From: Cirrosporium novae-zelandiae
Lineage: Eukaryota
Assembly (NCBI GenBank): GCA_026023565.1
Contig: JAPETS010000018.1
Location: 372,001-436,000 of the forward strand
Length of the DNA stretch: 64,000 bases
Direction of reading: 5' to 3'
Below, piece after piece: positions 11,095 to 23,881 of the stretch. Position numbers and translations under genes: made by a program. The notes under the pieces were generated by a model. That model searched no databases. It worked only from the letters and a program-made list of their open reading frames with translations, and was not told where the DNA came from. Within the stretch, counting starts at the first letter, position 1. Every line of letters begins with the position of its first letter.

Positions 11095-12672
11095 TTAGTA
11101 GTGCCCACTGCGAGTTCTCTTGCTAATCATACCTCCGCTCCTTTCAATTGTGCTTCCTTGCCTCTTCCTTGGATTTGGTTTAACAGGTGTTGCCTTGGAG
11201 CCTGCCTTGGAGCGCTGCCAGCCATCAAATGGACTAGGTCTGCCGCCAAATCTAGGGGCTCCAGGAGCTTCACTAGGGGATGGTGGACTTGGTGACGTTT
11301 CCTTGGCGATTTTACGAGTACTTGAGCGAAGAGAGCGACGAGTAGAAGGTGGAGAGACAGGCTGGAAATTCGGTTGTTTGAGTTTCTTTGGGGTTATAGG
11401 GATATCATCTGCTTCAGTCAAGTCATTGTCATGGGCATCGCGATCTTCGATTTCAGTAAGCGCTTCCTCATCATCGGTTTCGGATGTCTGAATACTGGCT
11501 AGGCGTTCGCGAGCACGCTTCTGTTTTTCCGTAGGGAAGAGAAGGCGAGGTTTAACACCCACGCGATCTAGAGGGGAAAGTTCAGGAGATGACGGAGCTT
11601 CTCCACCACCTAGCATTTCAGAGGCATCTTCATTAAAACCACCGAGGGGGCTGATATCGCGATAAGACCGTCTATCAGCCCATCTTTTGAAAATCTTCTT
11701 GCCACGGCTATAAATAATTAGCAGATAGAAACCAAAAATCGAGTTGCCGATAACTTACAAGGTGTACATCATCCCTTCATCGTGATCGAGAGCATCGTCG
11801 ACATCCGCATTTCTCTTGGCAGATATTCTACTTGATCGCCTTATCGCGTGATCACTATTCGAATCTTCAAAAATGCTCCCCCTGCGGTGTTTGGCTGATC
11901 TTCTCTTTTTTACTGGCACTGCTCCGTCACTGTCGGATTCAACCAGATTAGAAAAGAGCTCAGTACCTCGCTTCTTTTTCTCGTAAAAGGGATTATCTTC
12001 GTTCTCATCGATTTCAGGAATCCGGTCGACCGAATCGGTGAAGATATCAATTTTTGATCCTTGTTCCGAATTTTCAGCGAAGCTCTCAAGCGAGAATCCA
12101 TCATTTTGTCGTTCCTTTCTTGTTTTTCTTGGTGTTGGCATCACATCGTCGACAGGTTGAGGGAAGAGAACGCGCGCAGTTGAGGTGAGACTACTCGAGG
12201 ATTGTTTGGGTTGTTTTCGAGGAGTCTTTGCTGGAGTAGGAAGCCCCAACGTGCTGAGATAGGATGATGACTTCATCTTGGTACGAGACAAAGGGGCCGC
12301 TGTTGAGGTTCCCGCCTTCAAATCTTGTTGACTAGAGCTCGATAATTCAGCGGAGGTGGGAGAGTGAGGTTTGGGAGAGGGCGCAAATGTCACAGTAGTT
12401 GCTGAGCGCTTGTGTGACTTTCGAGGTGTAGTTTGTGGTGATGATGACAGGGAGAGATTGTTGCTAGAAACACGAGTCGATCGAATCCTCTTAGCTTTAG
12501 GTGTTTCCAGAGAAGTAGGTGACATTGAGCTTTCGGATTCTAGTTGATGTTTATCAGAGGTAGAACGTGTCGATCGTCGCAAAGAATAGGGTTCATAGGT
12601 ATCATATTTTGGACCATGAAGGGGAGTGGGTGGTGTATTGAGTCGATCCGGAGGTGGGGGAGTTGTCGCCAT
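11095..12672 (-). CDS. Conserved hypothetical S/P/T-rich protein with several CDK consensus sites
   Basis: Exons 12672-11759 and 11707-11095; intron GTAAGT...GCTAAT...TAG. The junction reads GMMYTFRGKKIFKRW. Both exons are long open frames. Confidence 0.85.
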
Positions 12673-12819
12673 GGTGAATAATTGTCTTGGAGGTGTTTAA
12701 AACGATAGACTAGTCCAGCTTCCAAATTCCTCTTGTTCTTCCCATGTCCTACCTTCGTAGTAAGTGAGGCCTTTGTATTGAAGTACCTTTACTGTCTAAA
12801 CTTTCAAGATTGGACCTGT

Positions 12820-12833
12820 GTAAACAAACGCGT
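12820..12833. promoter_or_regulatory. Overlapping forkhead-type (GTAAACAAA) and MCB (ACGCGT) motifs in a divergent promoter
   Basis: GTAAACAAACGCGT lies between the ATG at 12672 (-) and the Duo1 ATG at 13261 (+). Motif match only. Confidence 0.4.
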
Positions 12834-13260
12834 TCCTATCCAAAATTGACGCCGGATACGTGTCGGGAGGAACGAAATTCGGTACAGTGAGTTCAATTCC
12901 GGGGCTAACTTATTGGTATCAAATAATTAATGAATAATTCGGATAAAGCAAGAGCAATGTTGATAATTGTGCATTTGTGTTGATGATCTGACGATGCAGG
13001 TGTCTAACGGCTCTCAAAACCCAAATCGAAAGGCGGTGGCTGGGCTATGGCTCGCCTAATGAAAAAAGGAGGCTGGAACATCTTTAGACGCCCGGCGCTA
13101 GTTACATCTCCACTGGGAGGATTTATGGTTAGATAATTAAACGTTAAGCGCCAATCTCCAATATTGATCAGCCCAATATTAAAATAAGATTACTTCTAGA
13201 CTTATCTCCGATACTTTTCATCTCTGACCAAATACTTGACAATTGCTATTACTAAACATC

Positions 13261-14095
13261 ATGGTAGCTTCTGACGATCTTCCCGATATTGATGACCTGG
13301 AATTGTCTGATCCAGACACGGATGAACTTTTTGATTCCCCCACTCAGACAAGCAAGAAGGCCAAGGCTAAAGCCGCTGAACATGCGGCGAGCAAACCCCA
13401 AGTTGATGGGCCTTCTACTTCTAAAGCTAAAGCTGTCGAATCTCGCTATGAAACCGTAGAAGCTCGAGAAGAAACTCTCCGAAAAGAATTGGAAAACGTT
13501 CGCAATATCAACCAAGTGATTGAGGGAGTGGTGGAGAGTCTGGAACGTGCCAAATCAAATATGGAGGTCAGAAGCTTCCTTTTTGTAATTTAGAATTATT
13601 CTTTTAAGCTAGCGGCTAACATATTTTCTGTAGACTGTCTCCCGTACTGTCAATTCCGCCTCGACTCTCCTAAATACCTGGCATAGGATTCTCTCTCTAG
13701 CTGAACACAACCAACGCCTTATTCTCAACCCGTCATGGCAGGGTGTAAGCCAAGATATCACTGAGATGGAGAATGAAAGTATATTACGGCAACAAGAAGC
13801 TGAACGAAAGGAGCTGGAAGTACAACGGAGGAAAGAAGCTGCGGCGGCTCGGAAAGCTGAAGAGGAAGAAAGAAGGAAAGAAGAACTAGCCACCTCATCC
13901 AAAAATACAAGAGGTACAAGGTCTAGAGGAAGAGTGGCTAGAAGGGGTACTAGTGGAACGGGACGAAGTTATGTTGGGGTTGGAGGTCAAGGTGGGGTGC
14001 GAGGAAGCTCAAGGGGTGTTAGTTCAGGTTATGGAAGAGTGACGGGACATACAAGGACTACATCAACTACAAGAGGACGAGGAAAAAATATTTAG
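13261..14095 (+). CDS. DUO1: DASH/Dam1 complex subunit Duo1
   Basis: Exons 13261-13566 and 13633-14095. LRKELENVRNINQVIEGVVESLERAKSNMETVSRTVNSASTLLNTWHRILSLAEHNQRLILNPSWQG is the Duo1 domain; RG-rich tail. Confidence 0.92.
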
Positions 14096-15320
14096 GCGCT
14101 AGGCATGAGTGCCAGGCCCCAAATTAGCAAAGTTATGCAAGCTCGAGTTTGGCGACTACATTATCTAATTCGTGAAAGGTTTTGTGAAGTTCAAGCTCAA
14201 ACCAGGAGATTTAGGCTGTTTGAGTCTGCGGTCTCTTCTCGTCTAGTCTCGGTCTTTCAACGAGACTCGGCTTGGTAGGATACTACTGATATTACAATAT
14301 ACATGTCCTACCTTGAGGTACGCTCATTCCCTAACCGCTTCTTTTGGCAGAATACTGACTATAAGATAGGCCTCTATATTGCAACGTTTGAATGTGATAA
14401 ACTTAGTTGATCTTGGTAAAGTCTCTGGCTCACATATGATTTATGGCTTCAAAAGATCAATCTAGGAATAGGTGAACCTCTAAGAAATTACTCGGGCCCA
14501 CGAATATGAATCCCCCTTTTTTATGAATCAAACTCGTCCATTGCTTAAAGACCTAAGCCTGTACCTTCTACCCAATTTTGCTGTCCGATTCTGATTGAAA
14601 TATCATTGGCTTAATGCAAACTTATGGGATGGATTCTATATTTTTCCCTTTTAGGGCTTGAAATAGACCTGATGAAGCTTCCAAGAATGGGCCTAGTTCA
14701 AGATTTTTCCTGTTTCTCATGTGGTAGCTAGCTTTTGAAAACCCCTCTCGAGATATAATTGGCTAGTCGATATAAACTTGAGATGTACACTTACCTTCTT
14801 TATTTCTATGTTATCGTCAGAGTCTTTACCGGGTCTCCTAGCTGCCATGTCAGCGAAGCAGATAAAAAAAGGGCCTGATATGGAGTTCCCGAAGCCCATA
14901 AGAAGGATAAAATGGAATATGGAGTGAAAAACACCTAGGTCGATGCAATTCCTGTACAAATAGCGGTGGGCGTTCAACCGTTGAAGTTGGGAGCCGGCCA
15001 GATAAAGGGGCAGAAGGCGTTCACCAAGGGCGAATCGAAAGAAGGAACCTCGATCCAAGGTGCTTAGAGAGAATAGTATGATTTACTAAATGTGAAAATT
15101 CAAACAGATAGTGAAAGAGATATGAGCATAAGAAAGCATTATGTAGTTAATATGTAATGCCGTCAAAATAGGTGTTTCTCAGAGCTAGAGGAAGGTGCAA
15201 GTAAACTGTTATGCCTTAGGCATATACAACATTACTCTACGTACCGATCTAGAATAGCCCCTCACAGCCCAATCACATTCCAAATTACTACATTAGACTA
15301 CATTTCTAAATCCACCGAAT

Positions 15321-16465
15321 ATGTCAGACATTGACTCCCGATCTCGTGGCACCCGTCACCACCGCGTTCATTCTCCTTCCCGCTCCCGATCTCCATACAG
15401 TCATGACTCTCGTCGCCGGCCCCGGTCGCGCTCTCCTCTCCCCCGAAAGCATCATCACCATCATCATCATCGGCACCATGGCTCCACCACTCGCTCCAAA
15501 AGCCTAAAACCCTCTTCTTCCCGATCATTACCTGAACCTGTGGTTCTACCATTAGGTGCGCCAAAATTATCAAAGCATAGCTTTCAGGACTACAAGCCAT
15601 TGTTTGCATTATACTTGGATGTACAAAAACAATTGTTAATTGAGGATTTGGACGAGCGCGAGGTCAGAGGACGCTGGAAGGCGTTTGTCGGGAAATGGTA
15701 GGTTATTAGTTCCTATCCCCGTTGAAGTCAGGTTCTGAGTAGTCTATTATAATTCCGTTGGGAGCTTGATTCTGGTCTCTATTATGATCATTATAGCTAA
15801 CATATATGAGGAACCGTGGAGAACTCCTCGAAGGCTGGTACGATCCCACGACCAATGAAAAGGCCATCGCAGCCTCAAAGACTTCACAAGTCTCACCTAC
15901 CAGCGCACACCGCGACCCCATCCCCGAAGAAGAAGCCGATGCCGACGATGAATTTGGACCCTCCCTGCCATCCACGGCCAACATACCAAACCCAAAACAC
16001 GGCCCTGCAATCCCATCCTTCCAAGACCTCTCCCTGCGCCACGAAGCCGAAGAAGAAACCCAACTAGCGGATCTTGAATCCCTGCGCAGGGCACGCAAGG
16101 AAGAGCGAAAATTCCAAAAGGACCAGCTGGATGAACTAATCCCGAAAGCCGAGGCTGGGACCCGGGAACGCCAGCTCGAGAAAAAACGCGAGCTGGCGGC
16201 CTCGAATCGCGAGTTTGCGCGCGAGAGATCACCCGATGCGGTTGAGGTCTCCGAGGCTGATCTCCTGGGTGGAGGGGATGGGCTGGAGGATGTGAAGCGG
16301 ATCCGGAAGGAACATGAGAGGAAGAAGAATGAGAGGGAGATTCGGAGGGAGGAGGTGCTAAGGGCTAGGGCCAAAGAGAGAGAGGAGCGGGCGCAGGAGT
16401 ATAGAGTAAAAGAGGGGAAAACCATGGAAATGCTGAGGGGATTAGCCAAGGAGAGATTTGGCTAA
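15321..16465 (+). CDS. Conserved hypothetical nuclear protein (RS/His-rich N-terminus, coiled-coil C-terminus)
   Basis: Exons 15321-15697 and 15811-16465. The junction reads RWKAFVGKWNRGELLEGWYDP; further motifs GPAIP and ELIPKAEAGTRERQLEKKRE. Confidence 0.85.
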
Positions 16466-16814
16466 GGGGATGTAGCGGTTTGTTATAAGTTTGTGTGCCT
16501 ATACTTGAGGTTGAACAGGACAGTTAAGTCAATTCGTACATCATGGCGAAAAATTGTTTTCCAATTATCGCATAGCTAGCGATCTATGTTATTTACTAAA
16601 AAATTTCTATTTAGGACTTTAGATCCCCCTCTCTTCCCTTCCCTCAAGAGACCAATCTATCCATCTATCTATCCTTGGAATCCCTAACCTAACCAAACAA
16701 AACAAAAACCCAAACAAAATTTATTAATATAGTACAGCCCAACCCCTCCTCACAACTTCAAGAATGTCATTCATAGCATGCTCAAGAACCATATATATAT
16801 CTAGGTATCTAAAT

Positions 16815-17435
16815 CAGTGAAAGGAATAGACCAGACCGACCAGACCAAGGCCCTCGGTCTGGTCTGTCTATGAAATGAGAGGCTTGGTCTGGTCGGTCCA
16901 TAGACCGTCCAGTCACATAATATAACAGGGGTTTTGATTGGTCAGTTGATAATTATATAATATATAAATCAAGGTCCTAACAGAAACTTTGGTGTTGATT
17001 TTCATCTTTTCCTTTCACTCTACTAAACAGTATTCTAGTCTACTACTTATTATTTTTAATTCCCAAGCTCTTCTTAATTATAATATAAAATCGTATGTAT
17101 ACGCAAGGAATTTTGAGGTCGAATTTGGGGTTTTTGGATACCTAGAATTAAAAATTTGGTTAAATGTTCAATAAAATACTCAATGTAAGGCTTAGTGCGA
17201 GCCTCAGTAGAAGCCTCAATTGTATGCTCAATCAGGGCCTCAGTGCTCAGGGGCACAACGGGTAATTCGATTATTCGAGTACCTTTTTGGCTTTAAGTTA
17301 AACCCAAAATTCAAAAAATCCCCCCCCCCCCATTATATAATTCGCATTTATATAGACCGGATAGACCTTGGCCAGTCAAGATTTGTTCGGTCTACGTCAG
17401 ATCGTCTATTTGGTCTAGTCTATTCCTTTACCCTG
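16815..17435. mobile_element. Degenerate non-autonomous DNA transposon (hAT-like ends)
   Basis: Left CAGTGAAAGGAATAGACCAGACCGA versus reverse complement of right CAGGGTAAAGGAATAGACTAGACCAA. Subterminal AGACC/GGTCT clusters at both ends; no TSD recognisable. Confidence 0.6.
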
Positions 17436-17439
17436 ACTT

Positions 17440-18509
17440 TCAAGGCTTTTTCTTTGAGAATATAAATATGTGATATGTGCTGTTGTTTACTGTTTTGCCT
17501 TTTTCCTCCTTCATTCTTTTATACGTTGCTTTCCCCCTTGTAACACACACCCAAGGGAGTTCTTTCAAGGCTTTTCTTTTTCGAATTGTACATGCTAGTG
17601 TGGTGTTTGCTATTTTGCTCCTTTCCATATTCCTTTTATTCTTTCATCCGTTGCTTTCCCTGTCCCCTTGTAACAGCAAACTAAGGAAAGGGGTTGTTTG
17701 TTTTGCTCTTGTTCTTATTGGAAAGGAGAAGGGGAAACGGCTTTTTTTTAGTAAGGATTGGTGAGCTAGGAACTTCGTTGCTTGACTTTTTTTATTTATT
17801 TCGATTTTTAACATTATTTTGATTTTTTTTTGATTTTTTTTTCGAGTTTTTTTCTTCGAGGTTTTGTGTTTAGAAAGGGGCCCAATATTAACCCCCCTAC
17901 ACTATACCCTCCATGCTATTCAATTTAACTCCACTTCTCTTCGCCATGTTCTCTCCATCCATTTCCAATTTTTCTCTCATGGAAGACATCCATTACTCTC
18001 CACCCCCTTTTTATCCATATAGAACTAACAAAAAGCATCACGAAAAAATCACGATACACGAAAAGAACTCATATTCCCCCCCATCCATTTTCTATAGCTC
18101 ATCAATCAAGCTACCATCTAGATACATTTAAATCCATTTCCTTCAGAGGCATAACACAGAGATGCTTTCCAACCACCATCAGCAGCAGCATGATAGTTGT
18201 AATCTTCACTACCATCTTCACGATAACGGCCTTTAAGTTTACCTCCATGTGGGATTGCATTCCTAGAAAGGATGGTTCTCTGGGTGGGTATGATTGGTAC
18301 GGTTGGTACGGTTGGGACGATTGGTACGGTTGGGACGGTTGGCACAGTTGGTGCGGTTGGTACAGTTGGTACGGTCGCGGTTGGTAGTGAGAGGAGGGGG
18401 CGGGGCCTTTGGGGAAACCATCTGGGCCGGTGAGGGTAGAAGGGTGGAAGGGAGACATGTTTGTCCTAGTGGTTTGGCCAGTTGGTGTCTTTGAGGGTGG
18501 TTGTGCCAT
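17440..18509 (-). pseudogene. Possible decayed gene: P/Q/Y-repeat N-terminus, then a stop-riddled region with an internal ~125-bp duplication
   Basis: ATG 18509 ORF contains 9-bp tandem repeats (QPY, ~18290-18375). Duplicated CGTTGCTTTCCC...CCCCTTGTAACA at ~17525 and ~17649. Confidence 0.3.
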
Positions 18510-19402
18510 CTGTGGCTGTTAAGCTAGGATTTGTAACCTATAGTTTTGATCTTTGATGTCTGGTATGCAATGTCGGTTGAATGATAACAGTCTTGCAAGT
18601 GAGATTCTTCGGAAGTAGGCAGCTGTTAGTTTTATATCCTGCTAGATCTTGAAAGGGGTCGTTCCTATTACATTTTATGACCAGACTCCAAATGGGGAAT
18701 GGAGAATAAGGAATAGGAAATCATGAAAATCTATTATCATTAGCATTTAAGATTCGAGACCCCTCACCTCTCATCGCGACTCCTGTTTAAGTGTCATATT
18801 TTGATTGCTAGCATTGTTAACAATGATCCTTGCCTCCCTTCCAACTACCTCTCGCAAAAGTTTCTTCAACTTATTACTGGAGTCGGACAACGACAGGGAA
18901 TTGATCATTTCACTAAAATTTGGTTCTTGACATAAGGGAGGTCAGAGAACTGGAGCAGTCGACATTCGGGGAGGTGACCAACTTTCGGTCATTGTCCAAC
19001 TCTAGGTTGGTTACATTAATGGAACCAACTTAGGGATTATTTCCCCTGTAGCTACAGGAGAGTTGATTAACAATTAGGAGTTGGTTATCTCACCCGCAGG
19101 CCGACAAGTGAACCTAATTTCCTTGGGGGATAAAAGTAATCGGCGTTGGGTAGCTGAGGCTTAAGCGTAGGATATTTAGGTAAGGCTTACTTTTGTACTA
19201 GTTGTCAAGGAGTGAGACCTTCAATACATTTTTACACCAAAGCGAGCCATAATTTTCAATATAAAAAAATTATATTAACGTTGAAATAAACTTTTTAATT
19301 TTGGTGATATCACGTTTATGTGGTTAAGAAAGTAAAGCGTTTTGACGCTTAATGAAACCTTAAATTGTCGGGGATATAAAAATACCTTGTCATTAAGTTT
19401 AC

Positions 19403-19642
19403 TTATCCTCTGAAGCGGTTCTACATGGACCATGCCGAGAAATCTAATTGAACCATTTTATAACCCTTGATTTGCTGGTTCTGACTATACATTCAGCCCT
19501 TCTAAAGGATAATGGCCGTGTAAAAGATATAATTTTACAATAGTCTAAACTATATAATTGATTCATAGTCTAAACTGCATAATTACCTAAATAAGTCTAA
19601 ATTTCTTAGCATAGTCCATGTAGAACCCACTTCGGAGGATAA
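19403..19642. mobile_element. ~240-bp MITE-like element with ~43-bp inverted termini, TA-flanked
   Basis: TTATCCTCTGAAGC-GGTTCTACATGGACCATGCCGAGAAAT versus reverse complement TTATCCTCCGAAGTGGGTTCTACATGGACTATGCTAAGAAAT. Internal direct repeat ATAGTCTAAACT..ATAATT. Confidence 0.7.
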
Positions 19643-20081
19643 ATGACCTTCAAAGGTGCCCCTTGTAGGTGAGCTTTGGTGTAAATCATGCCGAGGTCTC
19701 ACATATCCTGCAAACTCTAAGCAGTATTGAACTAAACGCGACTTAATAAATCAAAGCAGGGTTCTTTTACATTAAAGGCTAATAAGGCGGTGCCAAGCGC
19801 CAAGCCTCGCCTGTGCGCATAGGAAGCGCACTGGTTTGGCATGCCTTTACACTTTATATATAAAAAGTGAGGTGACTATTTCCCCCGTCGGCCTATCTTT
19901 ATGGTCCCCGGTTGCTACTCTATAACATAAAAACTTCGGAGTTCAACTACGGGACCGTAGTTGAACTTTGTCAGGCACATGGAAAGCTAAAAGAATTCGT
20001 TTGGGGGTGTGTTGCCTTTTATAATCGGCCAGCGAGTGAGTTTTCGGGATCTGTTTTGGTTTGGTACATCATAAGGGATGC

Positions 20082-20153
20082 TGGAGAGTGGAGAGTGGAG
20101 AGTGGAGAGTGGAGAGTGGAGAGTGAAGAGTGAAGAGTGGAGAGTGGAGAGTG
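20082..20153. repeat. (GGAGAGT)n heptamer microsatellite
   Basis: About 10 near-perfect tandem copies. Confidence 0.92.
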
Positions 20154-20629
20154 GGGGAAAGAGAGTGGAGGAAAGAGTGGTGAATGGAGACGAGGGTTTC
20201 TCTGACGAGGAGTTCGATTATGAGTATTATGAGTATTATTTTAGTGAAAGGGGCCCTTTGAGTCTAAGCTTCACTACAACGGGCCATATATACCTAGGTA
20301 TATATAGAATAATATAGCCGAGTAGATATTGCTAAGGAAATTAATCACTACTTGGATAAATGTAACTTATATGCAAGTAGTTCTGAACTAGAAATTTATG
20401 GGAACATTAGAACTTTGGATATTCAGACAGTTCAGCTTCATTCACTGACATCAACAAGTGGGGCTAATTCTTTCTATAGCGCACCTGCTATTGACATTGT
20501 CTTGTGCGATTTAGTTAATCTCGTTCCTAGAACTTTCAAGTTAATGTCGCAAATTATCACATTGTGCTCGTTTTTCTTTCTCCAAATGCTCTTGATATAA
20601 TATACAAACACAATTGTAAACCCTCCATC

Positions 20630-21634
20630 CTATCGTCTTCTTGTGGGCGAGCTTCCCATCAAGTTACTCTGCCTCTCTGCATACTCTCTCACAACAAGGC
20701 TACAGTTAATTTCTTTGCATAGCTTCTTTCTCCTAGCTTGGGGAAGCTTGCTTGCGAATTCAAGGCCGCTTGCCCGTTCGACGGCCTCAACAGGTACCTC
20801 GAAATCGCCCAATGGCTTATCATTGGAAATGCGAGCATTTGGAAGAACGAATGCGCCAAGAGCCACAAGACCTGTTCCAGGAGTCCCAGGAGTTGCTGGA
20901 GCTTGCTCCTCCGCAAATATAACCTTGTAGAAATGCGTAGGCACAGCTACATTAGGAGGAGAGCCAATGACTTCATAATTAACTCGCCATTTTCCATCCT
21001 GTTCTTTTTTCGGGAGATACAAAGGTCCAGTGACAATTCTCACACTCGGATATTTATGTGTAAGCCGTCTGCAGAAGTCCTCAAAATGTGCCCAGTAGTC
21101 TCTATTAAATCCATCTCCAACTTGGGGACACATATTTGAAAGGGAAAATGTAGCATCCATAGCTTCCTGGCTCCATTTTGCATCTGCAGCGGGGACCTGG
21201 TGGCCTCGGTCATAACCAGATCGGAAATAATCGGCGAGCTTTGCACGAAAAGCAACTGGAATAGAAAAATCTTCAACAAAGGCAGAGTGCTTGCGATCGC
21301 CTTCTCGATGTGATAGCGAGGCAGGAGTTATGTGTTCAGCCACCCAGTGAGGGTTGCGTGTACGGCGGTCAAAGGATGAAATAAGCGAAGGAGCAGGGCG
21401 TAAGTCTGATACCGGACCTGGGAAGCCATATTGAAAAAGACCAGCTGGATCGATAGGAGGAGCGGTTAAAGGTGCTTTTTGATAGGAGGGTGATGGAGAT
21501 GGAGCCGTGCTTGTAGTTGGTGGAGTTTGTTTTTGATCTTTCGAGAGAGAGAGAAAGGCGGCACTTGTTGCTGCAGCTCCGGCTGCAGCTCCAGCAGCAA
21601 GAAGGACGAGACTGGGAGGCATGGCGGGAGGCAT
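20630..21634 (-). CDS. NUC1: Mitochondrial endonuclease G (DNA/RNA non-specific nuclease)
   Basis: 334-aa single-exon ORF with SGYDRGHQVPAAD, TFSLSNMCPQ, FNRDYWAHFE and VAVPTHFYK. Confidence 0.96.
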   Translation of the reverse strand: MPPAMPPSLVLLAAGAAAGAAATSAAFLSLSKDQKQTPPTTSTAPSPSPSYQKAPLTAPPIDPAGLFQYGFPGPVSDLRPAPSLISSFDRRTRNPHWVAEHITPASLSHREGDRKHSAFVEDFSIPVAFRAKLADYFRSGYDRGHQVPAADAKWSQEAMDATFSLSNMCPQVGDGFNRDYWAHFEDFCRRLTHKYPSVRIVTGPLYLPKKEQDGKWRVNYEVIGSPPNVAVPTHFYKVIFAEEQAPATPGTPGTGLVALGAFVLPNARISNDKPLGDFEVPVEAVERASGLEFASKLPQARRKKLCKEINCSLVVREYAERQSNLMGSSPTRRR

Positions 21635-22207
21635 ATATATAGTAAATTGAAAGAGAAGAGAGAAGAATAGGATAGGCAGACAAAAAGGAATTAATCTTCT
21701 AAATCAGGGAGAGGGTGAATGTTGCCCTAATTAATAAGAAAGTTATGGGCATGATAGGTCAGCTGCAAATGTACGCGCCTGTGACCTCGGCATTTAAATG
21801 GGAAAAGTCCATGTTCGTGTTTAGCCAATTCAGCCAATGATAGAGAGAATGATTAAGCAAAGAGTACCTTGGTGGCAGAATGAAATGGAATGAGCCGTCA
21901 TGTCTTCTACAATTAGGTGCCTTGCCCTGCTCTGTCTTGCTTTGTCTTGCTCTTAACTTTCCATCGAAGAAACTTTCCAACTCTTGAAGAATCTATTTCT
22001 ACTTCTCTCCTACCCCTCTTTGCTACTTTGCTCTCAAAAATAATTCCTTTGATATTTTGCTCTAAATACGAAAAAAAAAAGAACTACTACGATTGTTAAA
22101 TACCTAGGTACCTGATCCTCATAGTAATGAGCTTGATCATTCATAGCTCGACTATTTGGTGGTGGTAATTCCAAGTCCTTGTGAAGTTCGATCATCTGAT
22201 TGGCAAA

Positions 22208-23881
22208 ATGCCTGTCGACAATGATACTAGGGGTTGGATCATGGCGGCCGTGAGCGGTGTTGGTAAGATCATGCTGAACAGCCTATTTAATATGTTGACT
22301 GATTTTGGATATAGCCTGCGTTGTTGGCTCCAGTATTATTTGCGTCGATATTATTGTCCGTCGATTCCCAGGTATGCGGAATTTCAAGATTGAAGATAGT
22401 AATGTTTTCCTTGCATCATCTTTGAGCTTAAGTTTTGGTGTTATGGTAAGTTGGATTGCTTTGGATCTTTTCTTGTAATCGGGCGTATCGCTAATTTGAT
22501 CTAGTTATTCTCATCCCTCTATGGCATGCTTCCCGAAGCGAAAGAATACTTGGAAAATGGTGGTTATGGACCTTCAAATTCTGCATTCATCCTTATTACA
22601 TTGTTTCTGGCTGGTGCCATTTTTATCCAAGTATTTTCCGGATTCCTGCATCGATATATGCCCTCTCACGTCGTTGATTGCGACCACACTCATGAAGACC
22701 ACGAGGATGGCCAGGAGGTCGAAGTAGTAGACCATGATGAAACATTAAACGGATCAACCTATGGAAAACAGACAGTTGAGCAAACTGGCGATATAGATGT
22801 TTCGGAAGATACCCCTTTGCTCTCGAGAGAAATTTCTCGGGAGAATATACATGACCATCCACATGGTCATTATCATTCCACAAATGACCATTTATCCGAA
22901 AGATTACGATCACGTACAACGTCCCCCCCATCTCTCGCACATCGGATGACAATGATGTTCCAGCGGAAAGAGTGTGATTCTACAGGGCCATGCTATGGAT
23001 ATTCAGAACCCTGTGGAGAGGAATGCTTCAAAGTCATACCCCGATCAAACTCAAAATTTGACCATTGGCTAAATGCCCTCCCATCAAGGAGAGCTTCTCT
23101 AGCTAATAGCCTATTCGTTCGAAAAACATCTTCTCAACTCCCGGAGGTAAGGGAGGAAGCAAATAAAAATACAGGCACTATTCAAAGGGGTAGATCCGCA
23201 CCTTTTTTCCATCACGAATATCCATCTCGTCAAAGTACTACCTTCATGTCGCCAAGAGAGACTTCATTGCTCCCACGAACTCAATCTGAACCAGTAACCG
23301 ATAGAGTGAATGGAGACCTTGAACGTCAAGAATCCTCATTTACTTCCCTCCCTGCCGTTGCTAATCAGCATGAGCACCATCCACATCATCACCATGTTCC
23401 CACTAATGCCTTTCTTTCTATTGGACTCCAGACTTCTATTGCCATCGCTTTACACAAACTCCCTGAAGGCTTCATAACCTACGCAACCAATCATGCCAAT
23501 CCGGATTTGGGCTTCGCCGTCTTTATGGCCCTATTTATTCATAACATAACCGAAGGATTTGCCATGGCTCTCCCTCTCTACCTTGCTTTACAGTCCCGCA
23601 CAAAAGCGATATTATGGTCCTCCCTTTTAGGCGGTGTATCTCAACCTCTTGGAGCTGGTGTAGCGGCACTATGGTTCAAGATTGCAGGAGATGGAAATAT
23701 GAAGCCAGGCGAGACGGTTTATGGATGCATGTTTGCTATAACAGCTGGGATTATGGCAAGTGTGGCATTGCAGCTCTTCGTGGAGAGTCAAGGCTTAACG
23801 CACAATAAGACTTTGTGTGTAATGTTTGCATTCCTAGGAATGGGCATTCTGGGACTTAGTTTTGCTTTAACAGCTGAATAG
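22208..23881 (+). CDS. ZIP-family zinc/metal transporter (Zrt3-like)
   Basis: Exons 22208-22262, 22315-22445 and 22505-23881. Motifs IALHKLPEG and FIHNITEG; His-rich loop; several TM helices. Confidence 0.93.

Noticed and set aside
14340..15058. Two LQRLN...DLG peptides on opposite strands
   Set aside because: Match too short to distinguish from chance; no coherent gene model.
15706..16449. 247-aa antisense ORF (similar shadows at 45276-45824 and 54608-55009)
   Set aside because: Antisense shadows of real genes with biased codon use.
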